Assembly: GCA_021790305.1 (NCBI GenBank)
Contig: JAJYED010000004.1
Coordinates: forward strand, 1 to 57,351
Direction of reading: 5' to 3'
DNA from: Candidatus Micrarchaeota archaeon
Lineage (GTDB): Archaea; Micrarchaeota; Micrarchaeia; Micrarchaeales; CABMGC01
Length of the DNA stretch: 57,351 bases
Every line of letters begins with the position of its first letter. The stretch's first letter is position 1. A program made the translations under genes and the position numbers. Below the pieces are notes generated by a model. It did not search any database. It was not told the origin of the DNA and was given only the letters and a program-made list of their open reading frames with translations. Below, piece after piece: positions 47,615 to 57,228 of the stretch.

Positions 47615-48211
47615 TTATGCTTCTATGCCGTATTTTTTAAGATCTTTCATTAACCCGTTAATGCCTTTGAAGCGTATGGCATTTATTCCTGCCTTTCTTG
47701 CCCCTTTTACGTTAACTTCCATGTCGTCTATGAATACGGCTTCACTTGGCTTGACATTCAGCCTTCTCAGTGCTTCCAGATATATGCGCTTGTCTGGCTT
47801 TGACACCCCAAAGTAGCAGGACGCGAGGACAAACCTGAATATGCCGTAGTCTATAAGGGATTTTGCGTAGTAATATCTTGACTTGTCAACATTTGTTATG
47901 CATGCAATTTTGTATCTCTTGCTAAGCTTTTTGGCGAGCGAAACCATGTCCTTCTTTACCTTCCCGTTGTCATAAAGGAAGATCGGCCATTTTACCTCTG
48001 ACTCCTTTATGCCGAATCTCTTTGCTATCCTACTTTCGAATTCATGCTTTGTCATATTTCCCGACTCGTAATCCACAAGAAGCGATACGATGAAGTTGCG
48101 TATTGTCTTTTCATCAGTATTGGTGAGCCCTTCCATCTTCCTGAAGTACTTGTAATTAACCGCGTCTAGAAGTACCCCTCCCATATCGAATATTACAGCT
48201 TTTATTGCCAT
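47615..48211 (-). CDS. HAD-superfamily phosphatase
   Basis: FDMGGVL, TN, KPD..IY, FIDD. Confidence 0.9.
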   Translation of the reverse strand: MAIKAVIFDMGGVLLDAVNYKYFRKMEGLTNTDEKTIRNFIVSLLVDYESGNMTKHEFESRIAKRFGIKESEVKWPIFLYDNGKVKKDMVSLAKKLSKRYKIACITNVDKSRYYYAKSLIDYGIFRFVLASCYFGVSKPDKRIYLEALRRLNVKPSEAVFIDDMEVNVKGARKAGINAIRFKGINGLMKDLKKYGIEA

Positions 48212-48215
48212 GCAT

Positions 48216-49061
48216 TCAGCCCTGTATTATGGATCTTATTATTATCTTTGTATGCTCCCATTCTGACAGCCTGCGCATCGAGTATTTTATCCACTCTTCC
48301 CCGTATGGCAGATAGATATTCATGTCCTCTGATTCTGCAATCTTTGCAGCAAGAGACGATCTTACTCCTTTCAGCATCCCGAATGAGATCCTTTTATGAT
48401 ACTTTTTCTCGCTGTTTATTGCAATCTTTATTATCTTATCATCATGCGATGCTATCATGAATTTGTCCGCATGGGAAAAAAGATACGCCATGCACCTTAG
48501 ATAATTATTGTACACATCGCGCTTGTCCTGGAACGCTATTGTTGAGGGGTATTTGTATGCTCCCTTCACAAGCCTTACCATACCATTATGCTTTGCTATC
48601 CGTTCTACATCCTTAAGGCTTCTTTTGAGCTTAGCCTGTATGCATACTCCCGTATTCTTGTATCGCTTATGGAATTTTAGATAGGTGTTTATAGTACTTG
48701 GAACGAATCTGTACTGTTCCATATCAAGCCATACTGTAATATCGTATCTTGATGCCTTTGCAAGTATCATTGAATAATTCTTCTCGAAATAGCTTGTGCT
48801 TACTATCAAACCAGTCTGTGTCGGCTTAACAGCTATGCTTCCTTTTATTTTCTTGGAATGCATCTGGTCCAGAAGCTGCATTATCTGATCCATGTTCTGT
48901 TCCACAAGCTTTTTGCTCTTAAGATCCTCTCCCAGATAATTCATTATTACGCTCTCTTTATGGGAGTTTATCCTTTTTGCCTCCTGAATTGCGTGTTGCA
49001 GATCCTCTCCTGCAATCCACTTCCTTGCAACAAGCATTCCTAGCGAGTCTATGACAGACAT
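48216..49061 (-). CDS. proline dehydrogenase (monofunctional)
   Basis: WIAGE, LGE, KPTQ.G, LDME, RLVKGAY, ASHD, YLPYG..W..Y.MRR. Confidence 0.92.
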   Translation of the reverse strand: MSVIDSLGMLVARKWIAGEDLQHAIQEAKRINSHKESVIMNYLGEDLKSKKLVEQNMDQIMQLLDQMHSKKIKGSIAVKPTQTGLIVSTSYFEKNYSMILAKASRYDITVWLDMEQYRFVPSTINTYLKFHKRYKNTGVCIQAKLKRSLKDVERIAKHNGMVRLVKGAYKYPSTIAFQDKRDVYNNYLRCMAYLFSHADKFMIASHDDKIIKIAINSEKKYHKRISFGMLKGVRSSLAAKIAESEDMNIYLPYGEEWIKYSMRRLSEWEHTKIIIRSIIQG

Positions 49062-49127
49062 ATAAACATTAGTATCTCTTGCAACAAATTTATATAATAC
49101 CCCTTGCGAATATTATCTGTTTATTCA

Positions 49128-49267
49128 GGGGTTGTTGCGTAACTTGGCAGCGCGGCAGGCTCCAGATGTTTATAATCCAATGAGCCTTTCGGCGATGATG
49201 AGGATCTGGAAGTACCGAATAAATATGAAGTAACCTGCAAGTCGGGGTTCAAATCCCCGCAACCCCA
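49128..49267 (+). tRNA. tRNA-Trp(CCA) with a 67-nt intron at 37/38 (49166-49232)
   Basis: GGGGTTG/CAACCCC acceptor, GCAGG/CCTGC anticodon stem, CCA at 49162-64, T arm GGGGTTCAAATCCCC. Confidence 0.92.
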
Positions 49268-49378
49268 AGCCCTATCCCATAGCAACAGGATGCATAGATT
49301 ATTTATAGATAAGTGAGATATATATCCAGCAGATTTCGCCTGTTGGGCCTAAAATAAATAGAAACATGTTGGGTTTTT

Positions 49379-49522
49379 ATGAACGTACGCATGCATGAAT
49401 TCTTTATCGCTTTCATTGCTATATTCAGTGCCACGCTTATCCTCAGCTTCTGGCTTGGCGGATGGCCATTCATACCTGCCGGAGCGCTGTTTGTTTACAT
49501 AATTGCAAGACTTGACAAATAG
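49379..49522 (+). CDS. 47-aa membrane protein missed by the ORF track
   Basis: MNVRMHEFFIAFIAIFSATLILSFWLGGWPFIPAGALFVYIIARLDK, helical-hairpin pattern. Confidence 0.5.
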   Translation: MNVRMHEFFIAFIAIFSATLILSFWLGGWPFIPAGALFVYIIARLDK

Positions 49523-49534
49523 CATTCTTTCTGT

Positions 49535-50761
49535 TTACTCCCTGCTTAACGTTATCATCCCGTATCGTTTCATGAATATGTAACTGCTTGCCAGCCTGCT
49601 CAGTCTTTTCGCGTCCAGTTCTTTAATCATCTGCGGTATTTTTGCATACATTCTTCCATCGCCGTACATCAGCTCCATCTCAGTTATCTTAGTTGCAGTT
49701 TCCATCGTATCGTCAGTATCCATTGCGTATTTTATCTCAAGTCCGCGCTTGACATTTTCCAGCTCCTCGCTTTTAATCTTTCCGCTCTTGAGCTTCTGAA
49801 ATTCCTGGAGCATTATCTGCCTTATTTTATTGAGCTTTGATGGAGAACCTCCCGCAGATGCTGAGATATAGCCGAATGTGCCGTATGCGTTGTATTCGAC
49901 ACTTGGGTCGTATGAAAGCCCGTGGATCTCTCGTACCTGATCGTAGAGCCTGTTGTTCAGTATGCTCGCTATCGCACGCATTGATACATACTCTTGGAGC
50001 TTGGACGCGTCTATCCCGTGGCATCCGAAGCCTATGGCAACCTCCCCTCTTTCAGTATCCTTCCGCTTCATTTTTATGCGCCTGGTGTTATTGTTCGGAA
50101 ATAATCGGTCACGCTTTGGACTGGAGAGTTTCCGCTCAAAATCGCCCATGTATTTCTTGGCAAGTTCAACTCCGTATTCTGCGCTTATGCCTCCGCTTAT
50201 TACCATGACGGAATTGCCCGGATTATAATAGGTCTCGTAAGCATCTATTATGTTCTGAAGGCTTACATTGTGCTCCAGGGAGCTTATGCTTTCAGGCATT
50301 ATTCCCTTGCTTTTCTTGAACAGCGCCCTTGGCATGTTGTCATACACTATCGAATTCGGATCCTCCTTCCTCATCGCTATCTCATGCGTGATGGGACCGA
50401 GCTCATGTTTGAATTCCTTTCTTGAGAACTTCGGGTGCCTGAACATATCTGATATCAGCTCCATTGCGTTCTCCGTATAACGCCTGTACACCTGCGCTTC
50501 GTACATCGTGGTCTCGTAATCCGTCTCGGCGTTGTAGAAGATGTTGTACTTCCTCGTTATCTCGTTTATCTGCGACCAGCTCCTCTTCTTTGTGCCTTTG
50601 AAGAGCATGTGCTCAAGATAATGTGCAAGGCCTTCATGGTTCCTTCCAACATCTACCGAGCCGAAATTAACCCCTATCACTATGCTTACTGATTCCAGGC
50701 TCTCCTTTTGGGCTATGAGCACCCTTAAGCCATTATCTAAAGTTCGCTTGTGGATCTTCAT
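49535..50761 (-). CDS. M16 family zinc peptidase
   Basis: LDNGLRV, GLAHYLEHMLFKGT (HxxEH), RLYDQVREIHGLSY. Confidence 0.93.
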   Translation of the reverse strand: MKIHKRTLDNGLRVLIAQKESLESVSIVIGVNFGSVDVGRNHEGLAHYLEHMLFKGTKKRSWSQINEITRKYNIFYNAETDYETTMYEAQVYRRYTENAMELISDMFRHPKFSRKEFKHELGPITHEIAMRKEDPNSIVYDNMPRALFKKSKGIMPESISSLEHNVSLQNIIDAYETYYNPGNSVMVISGGISAEYGVELAKKYMGDFERKLSSPKRDRLFPNNNTRRIKMKRKDTERGEVAIGFGCHGIDASKLQEYVSMRAIASILNNRLYDQVREIHGLSYDPSVEYNAYGTFGYISASAGGSPSKLNKIRQIMLQEFQKLKSGKIKSEELENVKRGLEIKYAMDTDDTMETATKITEMELMYGDGRMYAKIPQMIKELDAKRLSRLASSYIFMKRYGMITLSRE

Positions 50762-51014
50762 CGTATTAGATGTAGCGAAGCAACTTTCTTTAACCTTTTA
50801 GAGCATTTTGGTATGTAGCGATGCTTTCTAAGGACTTGTCTATAAAGAAGATGCTTATTTGGCAGGATAAATGATAAAATAAATGCAGTAGATGGCATAA
50901 AAGACAAAATGGATACAAGACAGGACAGCATGGTGCACTTTCTTTGACATCAGGGCATACGCTCATACATAAAAATCTTGCTTTGCATAGATATTATCAT
51001 ATAATGGTGATTTT

Positions 51015-51287
51015 GTGGCTAGAAGAAGAAGCGTTAGAAAGAGCGAATCTGGAGAATATTCCAGAGGTGCCAATAGAAAGATGCACGGACCTGTAGGCTG
51101 GTTATATCTGGTTGCAGGAATAGTGCTGGTATTCGTAGCGTACTTTGTAAACCCTGCGCTTATAGCAGCACTGATATTCTTTGTGATAGGACTGGGCTTG
51201 CTTGCCGCAGGATTCGGCATGATGGGAATAAGGTGTGGCTTCCTGTGCAATTGGTTCTGCGATGACAGCTGCGGTACCAAACACTGA
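51015..51287 (+). CDS. small 2-TM protein with Cys-rich tail
   Basis: GGTGA RBS, two TMs, CGFLCNWFCDDSC. Confidence 0.6.
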   Translation: MARRRSVRKSESGEYSRGANRKMHGPVGWLYLVAGIVLVFVAYFVNPALIAALIFFVIGLGLLAAGFGMMGIRCGFLCNWFCDDSCGTKH

Positions 51288-51341
51288 CTGGTGTTAAGCA
51301 TTTGATGCGTGGTCTTTTTCCATGCATCTTTACTATATGTG

Positions 51342-51378
51342 CGGAGAGAGAATACTCTCTCCGTTATTCTTTTTCCTT
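51342..51378 (+). terminator. 9-bp hairpin followed by a U-rich tract between convergent genes
   Basis: CGGAGAGAG-AATA-CTCTCTCCG then TTATTCTTTTTCC. Confidence 0.45.
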
Positions 51379-51402
51379 TGTAATTATCGCACTTGCCTGC
51401 CT

Positions 51403-52473
51403 TTAGACGTTCCTGTGTACAAGGAAGTCAACCAGCTGCTTCATCCTCTCCTTTGCTGCTGAATCAGGAAGTGTCTTGTCTACTGCATCCCATGCTTCTT
51501 TTATCATGCGCTCTGCTATTTTGGTTGAGTATTCCTTCGAATTGTACTTGTCGATTATACCTATTGCTTCTTTTATCAGGACTTTGTCCTTTGTGTGCAT
51601 CCTTAGTATCTCGGAAAGCCTGTTCTTGTCAGCTTCACTGCCTTCCTTCATCACATGCAGTACCATCAAGGTTATCTTGCCTTCCGAAATGTCGTCTCCA
51701 ACTCCTCCCTTGCCTTCTGAGAGCTTGCTTTCCGTCAGGTTGAGTATATCATCCTGTATTTGGAATGCTATGCCTATAGTTGCACCGAACCTTCCCATTA
51801 TCTCTACGGTTTTGTCATCAGCGCCTGCAAGTGCAGAACCGAGTTCGCATGCAAATCTTGATAGTACGCCTGTTTTGTCGTGAGCCATCTGCAGATACTT
51901 CTCCTCTGTTATGGTCTTGGGATCCACAAGGCCACCGTGCCACGCTATATCTATAGCCTGGCCTAGAGATACCCTTGTCATATTTTTTATGTATATTGAG
52001 GCTGCCCTGTTCTTTTGGTCTTGTGTAAGCTTTGGGCTGTCAATTAATGCAAGCATTGGGAAAAAGTACATGAAGTCGCCAAGGTTTGTCGCTACATCTA
52101 TCCCGAATTTTACATGTATAGAATCGGCATTTCTCCTTTTTGGGGAATTATCCTCTATATCATCATGAATCAGAGTGGCGTTGTGTATCACTTCTGGTAT
52201 TATTGAGAACTCTATATATTCATCAGGGTTCTTGCCAAGAGCTTCAAGTGTGATCATGGTCAGTGCAGGGCGCCACCTCTTGCCTCCAAGATCAAGGAGA
52301 TACCAAGCAGGCTCCAGGATGCTCTTTGTCATGGCTTCAGGGTCATACTCGTAGTTGCTCCTTCCAAGCAGGCTTTCTATATACCTGTTTGAAGACTTTT
52401 TCTTGAGGTAAGTCTCAAGTTCCTGATTGACCTTTTGTGAATTTTCCTTTAGATACTCTTCAAAATTATCCAT
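51403..52473 (-). CDS. polyprenyl diphosphate synthase (GGPP synthase-like)
   Basis: GGKRWRP, LIHDDIED..RR, GQAID, KT, FQIQDDIL, DDISEGK. Confidence 0.94.
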   Translation of the reverse strand: MDNFEEYLKENSQKVNQELETYLKKKSSNRYIESLLGRSNYEYDPEAMTKSILEPAWYLLDLGGKRWRPALTMITLEALGKNPDEYIEFSIIPEVIHNATLIHDDIEDNSPKRRNADSIHVKFGIDVATNLGDFMYFFPMLALIDSPKLTQDQKNRAASIYIKNMTRVSLGQAIDIAWHGGLVDPKTITEEKYLQMAHDKTGVLSRFACELGSALAGADDKTVEIMGRFGATIGIAFQIQDDILNLTESKLSEGKGGVGDDISEGKITLMVLHVMKEGSEADKNRLSEILRMHTKDKVLIKEAIGIIDKYNSKEYSTKIAERMIKEAWDAVDKTLPDSAAKERMKQLVDFLVHRNV

Positions 52474-52602
52474 ATACACACAGCGCACGTTTAGGTGCTA
52501 TTATAGATTGACTTAGGGTATTAAGAATTTAGCTGCTTATTCGTCAAAAGAGGTAAGGTAGATTTAAATCTTGAACGTTTCAAATCTAGAATAGGTATTA
52601 AC

Positions 52603-52851
52603 ATGGTAAAGATAGATGTTAAGGCAGAGGCAGCAAATCTTCACAAGGCCACGCGAACGCAGATAACTACATTGATAATAACTGCATTCGGGCTTGTAGC
52701 AGCGCTTGCATGGAATACTGCAATACAGGGGATTTTTGTGTTGGTATTCGGCCCAGCCAGTTCGATAGGGGCCATGCTGAGTTATGCAATTCTGGTTACT
52801 GTGATAGCGGTCATAGTTACTGTTTATCTCTCAAGGCTAAATTCCAAGTAA
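52603..52851 (+). CDS. small 2-TM protein (DUF5654-like)
   Basis: LIITAFGLVAALAWN.AIQ...YAILVT. Confidence 0.75.
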   Translation: MVKIDVKAEAANLHKATRTQITTLIITAFGLVAALAWNTAIQGIFVLVFGPASSIGAMLSYAILVTVIAVIVTVYLSRLNSK

Positions 52852-52855
52852 GTAA

Positions 52856-53476
52856 TTACTTCCTTGTCTTCTTAACAGCTATCCTGTATATTATGTATAG
52901 GATGAGTGCGAGGAATGCCACTGCGGACATTGCAATATAAAGGTTATTTGAAGACAGCAGATAGTATCCAAAAAGCATTAGCAATATGTCCCATATCGCA
53001 CTTCCTACCAAAGAGTATAAGAAGAACTTTTTGAAAGGCATCCTTGCAAAACCTGCAGGGAAGCTGATAAGCCCTCTTAGAACTGGTATCATCCTTGATA
53101 CAAATACTGCAAATCCTCCATTCCTGTTGAACCAGCTGTCAAAAGCATCTATTTTCTCCTTGTTTATGTGGAAAAGGTGAAGATGTTTGTATACTACATC
53201 CTTGCCTATGAAATATCCTATTACATAGTCTATGACTACGCCAACCATATTTCCTGCAAGTATTGCAAGTGCAGCTATGTAAAAATTAAAGACGCCTTTT
53301 GCAGCAAGATATCCTGCTATCGGAACTATTACCTCACTAGGTATAGGCAGGGATGCGCCTTCTAGGGCCATCATCCCGAACAATCCCAGATACCCGTAAG
53401 TAGAGAGCAGACTGTTGATGTACGCAGTACTGAATATCGTTTGGAGCAGCAGTAGTATTTGAAGCATATTTTTCAC
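52856..53476 (-). CDS. DedA family membrane protein
   Basis: LEGASLPIPSE, SRMIPVLR..ISFPAG. Confidence 0.92.
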   Translation of the reverse strand: MKNMLQILLLLQTIFSTAYINSLLSTYGYLGLFGMMALEGASLPIPSEVIVPIAGYLAAKGVFNFYIAALAILAGNMVGVVIDYVIGYFIGKDVVYKHLHLFHINKEKIDAFDSWFNRNGGFAVFVSRMIPVLRGLISFPAGFARMPFKKFFLYSLVGSAIWDILLMLFGYYLLSSNNLYIAMSAVAFLALILYIIYRIAVKKTRK

Positions 53477-53510
53477 ATAAGATAAATATTTGGTAACAGT
53501 AGATCAACTG

Positions 53511-54221
53511 TTACTTTTTACGGATCGTGAGTATGTACAGAATAACAATTCCTATTGCGAGTATTGCTCCGACAATTATAATAAGGCTTGGAGCCTGGCC
53601 TTGGCTTGTCGCTATTGTTGTAGAATTCTGTGTGTTATTCTGGCCAGGTATGGTATAGAGCAATGAGGTCGTGTTGGCAATAGTAGTGGTGTTTACAGTC
53701 TCGACCGTAGTCTGAACTGTTGTAGTTGTAAGGTTTGCAGGTAACTGTGTTGCTGAAGTTACAGTTCCAGCATCTGAATTGGTGCCAAACCATTCTGCAA
53801 GTATCAACCATGAGCCATTAGAGTATACATATGTGGCAGAATAAGGTATGAATAATGCGGTGGTCTGGTTGCTTGACACAAACCATATATCCCTGTTTAC
53901 GCTGTATGCTGTAGCATTTATGTCTACCACACTTGAATTCCTTATGTAAAAGGTGTAGGGAGTGCCGTATGAAGTTATGTTTTCCAACGCAGGCAGTATC
54001 TCAGAATTACCATAATAGGTATTGCTGAAGTTAGTGTAATTCATATTTATGAATATGAATGGATATGTAACATAGCTTCCCATAGTAGCACTTATGTTTC
54101 CTGCAGCTATTTCGCTTATATGCACAGTGGATATGTTTGCAAGCGTTTGGGTGACGTTCGACTGGGCAAGCACTAGAGATGAGATGAAAATTAACGCAAG
54201 TAAAGGTATAGATGCCTTCAT
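53511..54221 (-). CDS. secreted Thr-rich, membrane-anchored surface glycoprotein
   Basis: signal peptide, sequons, Thr stalk, TM plus RKK. Confidence 0.75.
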   Translation of the reverse strand: MKASIPLLALIFISSLVLAQSNVTQTLANISTVHISEIAAGNISATMGSYVTYPFIFINMNYTNFSNTYYGNSEILPALENITSYGTPYTFYIRNSSVVDINATAYSVNRDIWFVSSNQTTALFIPYSATYVYSNGSWLILAEWFGTNSDAGTVTSATQLPANLTTTTVQTTVETVNTTTIANTTSLLYTIPGQNNTQNSTTIATSQGQAPSLIIIVGAILAIGIVILYILTIRKK

Positions 54222-54286
54222 CCTATCATATTGGTTATTAAAGCGTGCAACTTATATAAATGCGTTAAATCGATTGGTGTTTTTAA

Positions 54287-55207
54287 TTGCCAATAGAATG
54301 TGTAAAACTTACAAAAAAATACCACGGAGCTACTTCAAAATCACTGGATAATGTAAATGTCAGCATACCTACCAAGGGGATATTCAGCCTCATAGGAAGG
54401 AATGGGGCAGGAAAGACTACACTTACAAGAATACTTGGAACTCAGCTCATGCCGAGCTCGGGACACGCGAGCATTAATGGGCTTGATGTTGTGGATGATG
54501 CTAAGGAGCTCAGGGAGATCATCGCGGTGATACCGCAGGATGGGAAACCTGTTCCGTGGGTAACTCCTGCACAGATGATAATGACATATTTGATGTGGAG
54601 AGGATATGGGATTAGGGATGCAAGGTCAAGAGCCTTAAGCGTGATAAAGGATGTCGGTATTTACAAGGAGAAGGATAAGCATATTGAAAATCTTTCAGGC
54701 GGCACAAGGAGAAAGGTGCTTGTAGGATGCGTCCTTGCCTCTGAAGCAGAGATAGTCTTCATGGACGAGCCGACTACCGGCCTGGATCTTATATCAAGGA
54801 CTTCTTTTTGGGAGACTCTTGGAAGGCTGAAAAAGGACCGTTTCTTCCTTCTTACCACGCATTACCTTGAAGAGGCAGAGTCACTTGCTGATGGAATAGG
54901 CATACTTGACAACGGAAAGCTGCTGGTATCAGGGAGCATGGACCAGATAAGGAGGAGGATACGCTATAAGTACATGGTTACTCTTGGAAAAGATGCAAAG
55001 GTCCCTGATGTTAAGGGAAAGACGGTGCGCACTTCTAACAGCACAAAAATAATGACATCTGAGAAGGAGGCAAAGAAGATAGCTTCTGAGATGATAAGGA
55101 GGCATGCAGAATTTTCAATGAGTCCCATATCACTGAATGAGATATTTTACTCTTTTGTAAAGGAGGATATAGATTTAGAAAACGGTGAGAGTCATGAGGA
55201 GAAATAA
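54287..55207 (+). CDS. ABC transporter ATP-binding protein (multidrug/ABC-2 type)
   Basis: GRNGAGKT, LSGG, MDEPTTGLD, TTHY. Confidence 0.93.
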   Translation: MPIECVKLTKKYHGATSKSLDNVNVSIPTKGIFSLIGRNGAGKTTLTRILGTQLMPSSGHASINGLDVVDDAKELREIIAVIPQDGKPVPWVTPAQMIMTYLMWRGYGIRDARSRALSVIKDVGIYKEKDKHIENLSGGTRRKVLVGCVLASEAEIVFMDEPTTGLDLISRTSFWETLGRLKKDRFFLLTTHYLEEAESLADGIGILDNGKLLVSGSMDQIRRRIRYKYMVTLGKDAKVPDVKGKTVRTSNSTKIMTSEKEAKKIASEMIRRHAEFSMSPISLNEIFYSFVKEDIDLENGESHEEK

Positions 55208-55937
55208 GCTTAGTCAGATCTGGGCATCCGTCCTTCTTACAGCAATATACTGGATGAGAAATTACCCTATATCGATAGTTGCGTCCTTCCTCTCTCCGCT
55301 TGCGATAGTGTTGATAATATCATTTGTAAGCAAAGGTGCACTTGTAGGAGTAGCTGTTGAAGGTGCGTTGATAACGACTTTTGTGCTTAATGGAATAATG
55401 GAGATGACAGACATATCTCATTTGAAGAACGATTTTAAGATACAGGATATGGTAGTGGCTTCTCCCACTTCTGCCTTCTCGTATATATTTGGCATGTCGC
55501 TTTCAAGCCTGGCTACTTCTATCCCATCAATAATATTCATACTCATATTGTGGAGCGTTTTTGTACATACTACGATAGTATCTGCTCTGACGGTTTTTGC
55601 CGTGGTGGCTCTCCTCATGGTCCTTTCCATATCAATAGGTTTCTTCCTGGCTACCAGAACATCAGATATATCTCAGAGTTATCAGTTTACAAGCATACTT
55701 GGCTTGCTTTTTACAACAATTTCCCCTATATACTATCCTATATCTCTGATACCGATGCCATATAGGTATCTTGCATATCTCTCTCCGATAACCTATGGAG
55801 CAGAGATAATACAGAGCGCAACTGGTTACCTTAGCATAAGTTCCATGAATCTTGCAGTTGACTGGCTGGTCCTCATCGTTCTTACAGCAATTACACTGTT
55901 CTTCGCGATAAAGGATTTGAGATGGCGCGAGGCATGA
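55185..55937 (+). CDS. ABC-2 type permease
   Basis: six TMs, PIYYP...P......LSPITY motif. Confidence 0.9.
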   Translation: MRVMRRNKLSQIWASVLLTAIYWMRNYPISIVASFLSPLAIVLIISFVSKGALVGVAVEGALITTFVLNGIMEMTDISHLKNDFKIQDMVVASPTSAFSYIFGMSLSSLATSIPSIIFILILWSVFVHTTIVSALTVFAVVALLMVLSISIGFFLATRTSDISQSYQFTSILGLLFTTISPIYYPISLIPMPYRYLAYLSPITYGAEIIQSATGYLSISSMNLAVDWLVLIVLTAITLFFAIKDLRWREA

Positions 55938-55941
55938 GTTT
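55803..55941 (+). repeat. left copy of duplicated permease 3' end
   Basis: 55803-55827 = 57135-57159 (25 bp) and 55876-55941 = 57163-57228 (66 bp). Confidence 0.9.
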
Positions 55942-56080
55942 TGCTTGGGAGATTTCGGGTTTAGGATAGATGTAATTCGCATATTGTTATCTGCCATAAC
56001 GCCGCCTAACGGCCAGGTAGGATACGATAACTTTTTCAGTTTATTATTAAACAGGTTAAGCGTATTAAACAAGTGAAACG

Positions 56081-57136
56081 ATGGGAAATAAGGATTGGTA
56101 TACTGAAAGGTGGAAAAATAAGCAAGCGCTTAAGAAAAAGACACGACGCCTTGAAAAACTGAAAAGAAATGTAAAAAAAGATAATTCTGATGAAGACTCT
56201 CTAGAACTGACTATTTATGATTCTGACGATCCGGTTTTAGGTGAATTAAATCAGGGCATCCTAGCTGGTCTGAGTTATCCCACTTATACAATCCTGTCTA
56301 AAGGGAAATTTATTCAAGGAATGACCGAATCAAAAGAACAGGGAGGTATACTTAGCAAGCTTTCGATAGGAGATAACATAGTATTTGACATGTATGATGA
56401 AAAACCTGTGATAATGGGGATAACCCAAAGGCGCTCGAAGCTTGTCAGGTTACGTGCAGACGCTTCTAGGCGCTCTCAAGCTGGAGCAGAAGAGCAAGTG
56501 ATTGCAGTTAATATGGACTTGGCAATAATTGTTGCTTCTGTAGCCCAGCCCACTTTCCACCCAAGGTTAGTAGATAGATACCTGATAGTGTGCCAGTACG
56601 GCAACATACGTCCTTTGCTATGTCTGACTAAGATAGACTTAGCGCCAATACCAGATGTGTCAATGTACCGTGGGATAGATCTGCCGGTTGTAAGCATATC
56701 AAACAAAACTAATGAAGGCATAGACCAGCTACTGCCTTATCTTAATGGAAAGTGTTGTGTCCTAGTTGGTAACAGCGGCGTAGGAAAATCCTCCCTAGTC
56801 AACACTCTGCTTAAGAGAGAGGAAGCATTAACAGGAGAGGTAAGCAAAAAATCTGGAAAAGGAAGACACACTACTTCAGCTTACATGCTGCACGTCTTAG
56901 ATAAATCTACTTATCTTATCGATACACCTGGAATACGTTCGCTTGGTTTATTGGACATAGACAAGAGATCATTGCGCTTATATTTTCCTGAGTTTCATGA
57001 GTTCGCAACTAATTGCAAATTCAATGATTGTACACATTATCATGAACCAGACTGTGCAGTCAAAAAGGCAGTAGAAGAAGGGTTTATCTCACAGGAGAGG
57101 TACGATAGTTATATCCGTATCCTATCAAAGAGTTGA
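56081..57136 (+). CDS. rsgA: ribosome small subunit-dependent GTPase A (circularly permuted)
   Basis: TKID before GNSGVGKS, GRHTT, IDTPG, CKFNDCTHYHEPDC zinc finger. Confidence 0.92.
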   Translation: MGNKDWYTERWKNKQALKKKTRRLEKLKRNVKKDNSDEDSLELTIYDSDDPVLGELNQGILAGLSYPTYTILSKGKFIQGMTESKEQGGILSKLSIGDNIVFDMYDEKPVIMGITQRRSKLVRLRADASRRSQAGAEEQVIAVNMDLAIIVASVAQPTFHPRLVDRYLIVCQYGNIRPLLCLTKIDLAPIPDVSMYRGIDLPVVSISNKTNEGIDQLLPYLNGKCCVLVGNSGVGKSSLVNTLLKREEALTGEVSKKSGKGRHTTSAYMLHVLDKSTYLIDTPGIRSLGLLDIDKRSLRLYFPEFHEFATNCKFNDCTHYHEPDCAVKKAVEEGFISQERYDSYIRILSKS

Positions 57137-57228
57137 GATAATACAGAGCGCAACTGGTTGCCTCGTTCTTACAGCAATTACACTGTTCTTCGCGATAAAG
57201 GATTTGAGATGGCGCGAGGCATGAGTTT
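57135..57228 (+). repeat. right, internally deleted copy of the permease 3' end
   Basis: 25-bp and 66-bp exact matches to the left copy, about 45 bp missing between them. Confidence 0.9.

Noticed and set aside
46163-49061. Proline dehydrogenase near proS as a proline regulon
   Set aside because: Convergent orientation with a HAD gene between; no shared regulatory element seen
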